NCBI GenBank assembly: GCA_964016885.1 | Contig: OZ024744.1 | Coordinates: 40,300,001 to 40,364,000 of the forward strand | Length of the DNA stretch: 64,000 nt | DNA from: Eledone cirrhosa | Lineage: Eukaryota | Direction of reading: 5' to 3' | In this document: piece by piece, positions 55,601 to 64,000 of the stretch | Layout of the letters: each line of letters opens with the position of its first letter | How positions within the stretch are numbered: the first letter of the stretch is position 1 | Position numbers and translations under genes: made by a program | Notes under the pieces: generated by a model | What the model was told of the DNA's origin: nothing | Database searches by the model: none | What the model saw: only the letters and a program-made list of their open reading frames with translations

Positions 55601-58600
55601 AACCCAGCTTTATTTACAAAGCCTATCTTGACTCAAGGTAATGGTAGTTTCCATCAACCCAGCTTTATTTACAAAGCCTAGCTTGACTCAAGGTAATGGT
55701 AGTTTCCATCAACCCAGCTTTATTTACAATGCCTAGCTTGAATCAAGGTAATGGTAGTTTTCATCATCCCAGCTTTATTTACAAAGCCTAGCTTCACCGA
55801 AGGTAATGGTAGTTTCCATCAACCCAGCATTATTTACAAACCCTAGCTTGACTCAAGGTAATGGTAGTTTCCATCAACCCAGCATTATTTACAAAGCCTA
55901 GCTTGACTCAAGGTAATGTTAGTTTCCATCAACCCAGCTTTATTTACAAAGTCTAGCTTGACTCAAGGTAATGGTAGTTTCCATCAACCCAGCTTTATTT
56001 ACAAAGCCTAGCTTGACCCAAGGTAATGGTAGTTTCCATCAACCCAGCTTTATTTACAAAGCCTAGCTTGACCCAAGGTAATGGTAGTTTCCATCAACCC
56101 AGCTTTATTTACAAAGCTTAGCTTGACCCAAGGTAATGGTAGTTTCCATCAACCCAGCTTTATTTACAAAGCCTAGCTTGACCCAAGGTAATGGTAGTTT
56201 CCATCAACCCAGCTTTATTTACAAAGCCTAGCTTGAACCAAGGTAATGGTAGTTTCCATCAACCCAGCTTTATTTACAAAGCCTAGCTTGACCCAAGGTA
56301 ATGGTAGTTTCCATCAACCCAGCTTTATTTACAAAGCCTAGCTTGACCCAAGGTAATGGTAGTTTCCATCAACCCAGCTTTATTTACAAAGCCTAGCTTG
56401 ACCCAAGGTAATGGTAGTTTCCATCAATCCAGCTTTATTTACAAAGCCTAGCTTGACCCAAGGTAATGGTAGTTTCCATCAAGCCAGCTTTATTTACAAA
56501 GCCTAGCTTGACCCAAGGTAATGGTAGTTTCCATCAACCCAGCTTTATTTACAAAGCCTAGCTTGACCCAAGGTAATGGTAGTTTCCATCAACCCAGCTT
56601 TATTTACAAAGCCTAGCTTGACCCAAGGTAATGGTAGTTTCCATCAACCCAGCTTTATTTACAAAGCCTAGCTTGACCCAAGGTAATGGTAGTTTCCATC
56701 AACCCAGCTTTATTTACAAAGCCTAGCTTGACCCAAGGTAATGGTAGTTTCCATCAACCCAGCTTTATTTACAAAGCTTAGCTTGACCCAAGGTAATGGT
56801 AGTTTCCATCAACCCAGCTTTATTTACAAAGCCTAGCTTGACCCAAGGTAATGGTAGTTTCCATCAACCCAGCTTTATTTACAAAGCCTAGCTTGACCCA
56901 AGGTAATGGTAGTTTCCATCAACCCAGCTTTATTTACAAAGCCTAGCTTGACCCAAGGTAATGGTAGTTTCCATCAACCCAGCTTTATTTACAAAGCCTA
57001 GCTTGACCCAAGGTAATGGTAGTTTCCATCAACCCAGGTTTATTTATAAAGCCTAGCTTGTCTCAAAGTAATGGTAGTTTCCATCAACCCAGCATTATTT
57101 ACAAAGCCTAGCTTGACCCAAGGTAATGGTAGTTTCCATCAACCCAGCTTTATTTACAAAGCCTAGCTTGACCCAAGGTAATGGTAGTTTCCATCAACCC
57201 AGCTTTATTTACAAAGCCTAGCTTGACCCAAGGTAATGGTAGTTTCTATCACCCCAGCTTTATTTACAATGCCTAGCATGACCCAAGGTAATGGTAATTT
57301 CCATCAACCCAGCTTTATTTACAAAGCCTAGCTTGACCCACGGTAATGGTAGTTTCCATCAACCCAGCTTTATTTACAAAGCCTAGCTTGACTCAAGGTA
57401 ATGGTAGTTTCTATCACCCCAGCTTTATTTACAATGCCTAGCATGACCCAAGGTAATGGTAATTTCCATCAACCCAGCTTTATTTACAAAGCCTAGCTTG
57501 ACCCAAGGTAATGGTAGTTTCCATCAACCCAGCTTTATTTACAAAGCCTAGCTTGAACCAAGTTAATGGTAGTTTCCATCACCCAGCTTTATTTACAAAG
57601 CCTAGCTTGACTCAAGGTAATGGTAGTTTCCATCAACCCAGCTTTATTTACAATGCCTAGCTTGAACCAAGGTAATGGTAGTTTCCATCAACGCAGCTTT
57701 ATTTACAAAGCCTAGCTTGACCCAAGGTAATGGTAGTTTCCATCAACCCAGCTTTATTTACAAAGCCTAGCTTGACCCAAGGTAATGGTAGTTTCCATCA
57801 ACCCAGCTTTATTTACAAAGCCTAGCTTGAACCAAGGTAATGGTAGTTTCCATCAACCCAGCTTTATTTGTAAAGCCCTGCTTGACTCAAGGTAATGGTA
57901 GTTTCCATCAACCCAGCTTTATTTACAAAGCCTAGCTTGAATCAAGGTAATGGTATTTTCCTTCAACCCAGCTTTATTTACAAAGTCTAGCTTGTCTCAA
58001 GGTAATGGTAGTTTCCATCAACCCAGCTTTATTTACAAAGCCTAGCTTTACTCAAGGTAACGGTAGTTTCCATCAGCCCAGCTTTATTTACAAAATCTAA
58101 CTTGTCTCAAGGTAATGGTAGTTTCCATCAACCCAGCTTTATTTACAAAGCCTAGCTTGACCCAAGGTAATGGTAGTTTCCATCAACCCAGCTTTATTTA
58201 CAGAGCCTAGCTTGACTCAAGGTAATGGTAGTTTCCATCAACCCAGCATTATTTACAAAGCCTAGCTTGACTCAAGGTAATCGTTGTTTCCATCAACCCA
58301 GCTTTATTTACAAAGCCTAGCTTGACTCAAGGTAATGGTAGTTTCCATCAACCCAGCTTTATTTACAAAGCCTAGCTTGACCCAAGGTAATGGTAGTTTC
58401 CATCAACCCAGCTTTATTTACAAAGCCTAGCTTGACCCATGGTAATGGTAGTTTCCATGAAGCCAGCTTTATTTACAGAGCCTAGCTTGACTCAAGGTAA
58501 TGGTAGTTTCCATCAACCCAGCATTATTTACAAAGCCTAGCTTGACCCGAGGTAATGGTAGTTTCCATCAACCCAGCTTTATTTACAAACCTAGCTTGAC

Positions 58601-61600
58601 CCAAGGTAATGGTAGTTTACATCAACCCAGCTTTATTTACAAAGCCTAGCTTGACCCGAGGTAATGGTAGTTTCCATCAATCCAGCTTTATTTACAAAGC
58701 CTAGCCTGACTCAAGGTAATTGTAGTTTACATCAACCCAGCTTTATTTACAAAGCCTTGCTTGACCCAATGTAATGGTAGTTTCCATCAACCCAGGTTTA
58801 TTTACAGAGCCTAGCATGACCCAAGGTAATGGTAGTTTCCATCAACCCAGCTTTATTTACAAAGCCTAGCCTGACTCAAGGTAATGGTAGTTTACATCAA
58901 CCCAGCTTTATTTACAAAGCCTAGCTTGACCCGAGCTAATGGTAGTTTCCATCAACCCAGCTTTATTTACAAAGCCTAGCTTGACCCAAGGTAATGGTAG
59001 TTTCCATCAACCCAGCTTTATTTACAAAGCCTAGCTTGACACAAGGTAATGGTAGTTTCCATCAACCCAGCTTTATTTACAAAGCCTATCTTGACTCAAG
59101 GTAATGGTAGTTTCCATCAACCCAGCTTTATTTACAAAGCCTAGCTTGACTCAAGGTAATGGTAGTTTCCATCAACCCAGCTTTATTTACAAAGCCTAGC
59201 TTGACCCAAGGTAATGGTAGTTTCCATCAACCCAGCTTTATTTACAAAGCCTAGCTTGACCCAAGGTAATGGTAGTTTCCATCAACCCAGGTTTATTTAC
59301 AAAGCCTAGCTTGTCTCAAAGTAATGGTAGTTTCCATCAACCCAGCTTTATTTACAAAGCCTAGCTTGACTCAAGGTAATGGTAGTTTCTATCACCCCAG
59401 CTTTATTTACAAAGCCTAGCTTGACTCAAGGTAATGGTAGTTTCTATCACCCCAGCTTTATTTACAATGCCTAGCATGACCCAAGATAATGGTAATTTCC
59501 ATCAACCCAGCTTTATTTACAAAGCCTAGCTTGACCCACGGTAATGGTAGTTTCCATCAACCCAGCTTTATTTACAAAGCCTAGCTTGACTCAAGGTAAT
59601 GGTAGTTTCTATCACCACGGCTTTATTTACAATGCCTAGCATGACCCAAGGTAATGGTAATTTCCATCAACCCAGCTTTATTTACAAAGCCTAGCTTGAC
59701 TCAAGGTAATGGTAGTTTCCATCAACCCAGCTTTATTTACAAAGCCTAGCTTGAACCAAGTTAATGGTAGTTTCCATCAACCCAGCTTTATTTACAAAGC
59801 CTAGCTTGACTCAAGGTAATGGTAGTTTCCATCAACCCAGCTTTACTTACAAAGCCTAGCTTGACCCGATGTAATGGTAGTTTCCATCAACCCAGCTTTA
59901 TTTACAAAGCCTAGCTTGACCCGAGGTAATGGTAGTTTCCATCAACCCAGGTTTATTTACAAAGCCTAGCATGACCCAAGGTAATGGTAGTTTCCATCAA
60001 CCCAGCTTTATTTACAAAGCCTAGCTTGACCCAAGGTAATGGTAATTTCCATCAACCCAGCTTTATTTACAAAGCCTAGCTTGACCCAAGGTAATGGTAG
60101 TTTCCATCAACCCAGCTTTATTTACAAAGAAAAGCTTGACCCAAGGTAATGGTAGTTTCCATCAACGCAGCTTTATTTACAAAGCCTAGCTTGACCCAAG
60201 GTAATGGTAGTTTCCATCAACCCAGCTTTATTTACAAAGCCTAGCTTGATCCAAGGTAATGGTAGTTTCCATCAACCCAGCTTTATTTACAAAGCCTAGC
60301 TTGACCCAAGGTAATGGTAGTTTCCATCAACCCAGCTTTATTTACAAAGCCTAGCTTGACCCAAGGTAATGGTAGTTTCCATCAACCCAGCTTTATTTAC
60401 AAAGCCTAGCTTGACCCAAGGTAATGGTAGTTTCCATCAACCCAGCTTTATTTACAAAGCCTAGCTTGACCCAAGGTAATGGTAGTTTCCATCAACCCAG
60501 CTTTATTTACAAAGCCTAGCTTGAACCAAGGTAATGGTAGTTTCCATCAACCCAGCTTTATTTGTAAAGCCCTGCTTGACTCAAGGTAATGGTAGTTTCC
60601 ATCAACCCAGCTTTATTTGTAAAGCCCTGCTTGACTCAAGGTAACGGTAGTTTCCATCAGCCCAGCTTTATTTACAAAATCTAGCTTGTCTCAAGGTAAT
60701 GGTAGTTTCCATCAACCCAGTTTATTTACAATGCCTAGCTTGACCCAAGGTAATAGTAATTTCCATCAACCCAGCTTTATTTACAAAGCCTAGCTTGACC
60801 CAAGGTAATGGTAGTTTCCATCAACCCAGCTTTATTTACAAAGCCTAGCTTGACCCAAGGTAATGGTAGTTTCCATCAACCCAGCTTTATTTACAGAGCC
60901 TAGCTTGACTCAAGGTAATGGTAGTTTCCATCAACCCAGCATTATTTACAAAGCCTAGCTTGACTCAAGGTAATCGTTGTTTCCATCAACCCAGCTTTAT
61001 TTACAAAGCCTAGCTTGACTCAAGGTAATGGTAGTTTCCATCAACCCAGCTTTATTTACAAAGCCTAGCTTGACCCAAGGTAATGGTAGTTTCCATCAAC
61101 CCACCTTTATTTACAAAGCCTAGCTTGACCCATGGTAATAGTAGTTTCCATGAACCCAGCTTTATTTACAGAGCCTAGCTTGACTCAAGGTAATGGTAGT
61201 TTCCATCAACCCAGCATTATTTACAAAGCCTAGCTTGACCCGAGGTAATGGTAGTTTCCATCAACCCAGCTTTATTTACAAACCTAGCTTGACCCAAGGT
61301 AATGGTAGTTTCCATCAACCCAGCTTTATTTACAAACCCTAGCTTGACTCAAAGTAATGGTAGTTTCCATCAACCCAGCATTATGTACAAAGCCTAGCTT
61401 GACTCAAGGTAATCGTAGTTTCCATCAACCCAGCTTTATTTACAAAGCCTAGCTTGACCCATGGTAATAGTAGTTTCCATGAACCCAGCTTTATTTACAA
61501 AGCCTAGCTTGACTCAAGGTAATGGTAGTTTCCATCAACCCAGCATTATTTACAAAGCCTAGCTTGACCCGAGGTAATGGTAGTTTCCATCAACCCAGCT

Positions 61601-64000
61601 TTATTTACAAACCTAGCTTGACCCAAGGTAATGGTAGTTTCCATCAACCCAGCTTTATTTACAAAGCCTAGCTTGAACCAAGGTAATGGTAGTTTCCATC
61701 AACCCAGCATTATTTACAAACCCTAGCTTGACTCAAGGTAATGGTAGTTTCCATCAACCCAGCTTTATTTACAATGCCTAGCTTGACCCAAGGTAATGGT
61801 AGTTTCCATCAATCCAGCTTTATTTACAAAGCCTAGCTTGACCCAAGGTAATGGTAGTTTCCATCAACCCAGCTTTATTTACAAAGCCTAGCTTGACCCA
61901 AGGTAATGGTAGTTTCCATCAACCCAGCATTATTTACAAAGCCTAGTTTGACCCAAGGTAATGGTAGTTTCCATCAACCCAGCATTATGTACAAAGCCTA
62001 GCTTGACTCAAGGTAATCGTAGTTTCCATCAACCTAGCTTTATTTACAAAGCCTAGCTTGAACCAAGGTAATGGTAGATTCCATCAACCCAGCTTTATTT
62101 ACAAAGCCTAGCTTGACCCAAGGTAATGGTAGTTTCCATCAACCCAGCTTTATTTACAAAGCCTAGCTTGAACCAAGGTAATGGTAGTTTCCATCAACCC
62201 AGCTTTATTTACAATGCCTAGCTTGACCCAAGGTAATGGTAGTTTCCATCAACCCAGCTTTATTTACAAAGCCTAGCTTGACGCAAGGTAATGGTAGTTT
62301 CCATCAACCCAGCTTTATTTACAAAGCCTAGCTTGACCCAAGGTAATGGTAGTTTCCATCAACCCAGGTTTATTTACAAAGCCTAGCTTGACCCAAGGTA
62401 ATGGTAGTTTCCATCAACCCAGCTTTATTTACAGAGCCTAGCTTGACTCAAGGTAATGGTAGTTTCCATCAACCCAGCATTATTTACAAAGCCTAGCTTG
62501 ACTCAAGGTAATGGTAGTTTCTATCACCCCAGCTTTATTTACAAAGCCTAGCTTGTCTCAAGGTAATGGTAGTTTCCATCAACCCAGTTTATTTACAATG
62601 CCTAGCTTGACCCAAGGTAATAGTAATTTCCATCAACCCAGCTTTATTTACAAAGCCTAGCTTGACCCAAGGTAATGGTAGTTTCCATCAACCCAGCTTT
62701 ATTTACAAAGCCTAGCTTGACCCAAGGTAATGGTAGTTTCCATCAACCCAGCTTTATTTACAGAGCCTAGCTTGACTCAAGGTAATGGTAGTTTCCATCA
62801 ACCCAGCATTATTTACAAAGCCTAGCTTGACTCAAGGTAATCGTTGTTTCCATCAACCCAGCTTTATTTACAAAGCCCAGCTTGCCTCAAGGTAATGGTA
62901 GTTTCCATCAACCCAGCTTTATTTACAAAGCCTAGCTTGACCCAAGGTAATGGTAGTTTCCATCAACCCAGCTTTATTTACAAAGCCTAGCTTGACCCAA
63001 GGTAATGGTAGTTTCCATCAACCCAGCTTTATTTACAAAGCCTAGCTTGACCCATGGTAATGGTAGTTTCCATGAACCCAGCTTTATTTACAGAGCCTAG
63101 CTTGACTCAAGGTAATGGTAGTTTCCATCAACCCAGCATTATTTACAAAGCCTAGCTTGACCCGAGGTAATGGTAGTTTCCATCAACCCAGCTTTATTTT
63201 CAAACCTAGCTCGACCCAAGGTAATGGTAGTTTACATCAACCCAGCTTTATTTACAAAGCCTAGCTTGACCCGAGGTAATGGTAGTTTCCATCAACCCAG
63301 CTTTATTTAGAAACCTAGCTTGACCCAAGGTAATGGTAGTTTCCATCAACCCAGCTTTATTTACAAAGCCTAGCTTGATTCAAGGTAATGGTAGTTTCCA
63401 TCAACCCAGCTTTATTTACAAAGCCTTGCTTGACCCAAGGTAATGGTAGTTTCCATCAACCCAGGTTTATTTACAGAGCCTAGCATGACCCAAGGTAATG
63501 GTAGTTTCCATCAACCCAGCTTTATTTACAAAGCCTAGCCTGACTCAAGGTAATGGTAGTTTACATCAACCCAGCTTTATTTACAAAGCCTAGCTTGACC
63601 CGAGCTAATGGTAGTTTCCATCAACCCAGCTTTATTTACAAAGCCTAGCTTGACCCAAGGTAATGGTAGTTTCCATCAACCCAGCTTTATTTACAAAGCC
63701 TAGCTTGACACAAGGTAATGGTAGTTTCCATCAACCCAGCTTTATTTACAAAGCCTATCTTGACTCAAGGTAATGGTAGTTTCCATCAACCCAGCTTTAT
63801 TTACAAAGCCTAGCATGACTCACGGTAATGGTAGTTTCCATCAGCCCAGCTTTATTTACAAAGTCTAGCTTGTCTCAAGGTAATGGTAGTTTCCATCAAC
63901 CCAGCTTTATTTACAAAGCCTAGCTTGACTCAAGGTAATGGTAGTTTCCATCAGCCCAGCTTTATTTACAAAGTCTAGCTTGTCTCAAGGTAATGGTAGT

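Larger units (their letters stand above)
1..64000. repeat. 55-bp tandem satellite array, about 1,164 head-to-tail monomers, open at both window ends
   Basis: The unit TTTCCATCAA...GGTAATGGTAG restarts at 1, 56, 111 and so on, and the 60-nt line pattern recurs every 660 bp (12 x 55). Phase tracked through every visible indel closes exactly: 1164 x 55 - 21 = 63999. Most monomers differ from consensus by 0-2 substitutions. Confidence 0.99.

Noticed and set aside
1-64000. CRISPR array
   Set aside because: There are no unique spacers; all 55 positions are conserved between units, and there is no leader or cas gene.
1-64000. Repetitive protein-coding ORF
   Set aside because: 55 is not a multiple of 3, so each frame passes through all phases every 165 bp, and each monomer carries several stop triplets on both strands.
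1-64000. Rolling-circle or sequencing concatemer artefact, or synthetic array
   Set aside because: Variants are not random errors; they recur in ordered, nested, kilobase-scale paralogous blocks, as expected from evolutionary history.
1-64000. Telomeric repeat, tRNA/5S/spliced-leader array or other RNA gene array
   Set aside because: No short G-rich telomere unit, and no cloverleaf, A/B boxes or recognisable RNA gene in the 55-bp unit.
1-64000. Strict fixed-period higher-order repeat
   Set aside because: Marker spacings vary (9, 14, 21, 28, 41, 50, 57, 58 and 91 monomers) with no constant period.
1-64000. Embedded transposon, inversion or unique island
   Set aside because: The phase closes exactly across the window using only 1-bp indels, and I saw no reverse-complement monomer.

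Overview
The whole 64 kb window is one uninterrupted head-to-tail tandem array of a 55-bp monomer, consensus TTTCCATCAACCCAGCTTTATTTACAAAGCCTAGCTTGAC(T/C)CAAGGTAATGGTAG (about 40-42% GC, no CpG in the consensus). Tracking the phase by hand gives 1,164 monomers over 1-63999, all on one strand, with only single-base indels (net -21 bp). I found no genes, RNA genes, CRISPR spacers, mobile elements, inversions or unique sequence. It is best read as satellite DNA, most likely eukaryotic; I do not recognise the family or organism. The structure worth attention is internal. The monomer is rich in dyad symmetry, shows traces of three subrepeats, and carries a polymorphic AP-1-like palindrome. Variant monomers recur in a fixed order, and there are near-identical block duplications of 9 to 91 monomers. 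Marker variants and indels also change from left to right. Block coordinates were read by eye and are approximate to about one monomer. I cannot support a new protein-coding system here.
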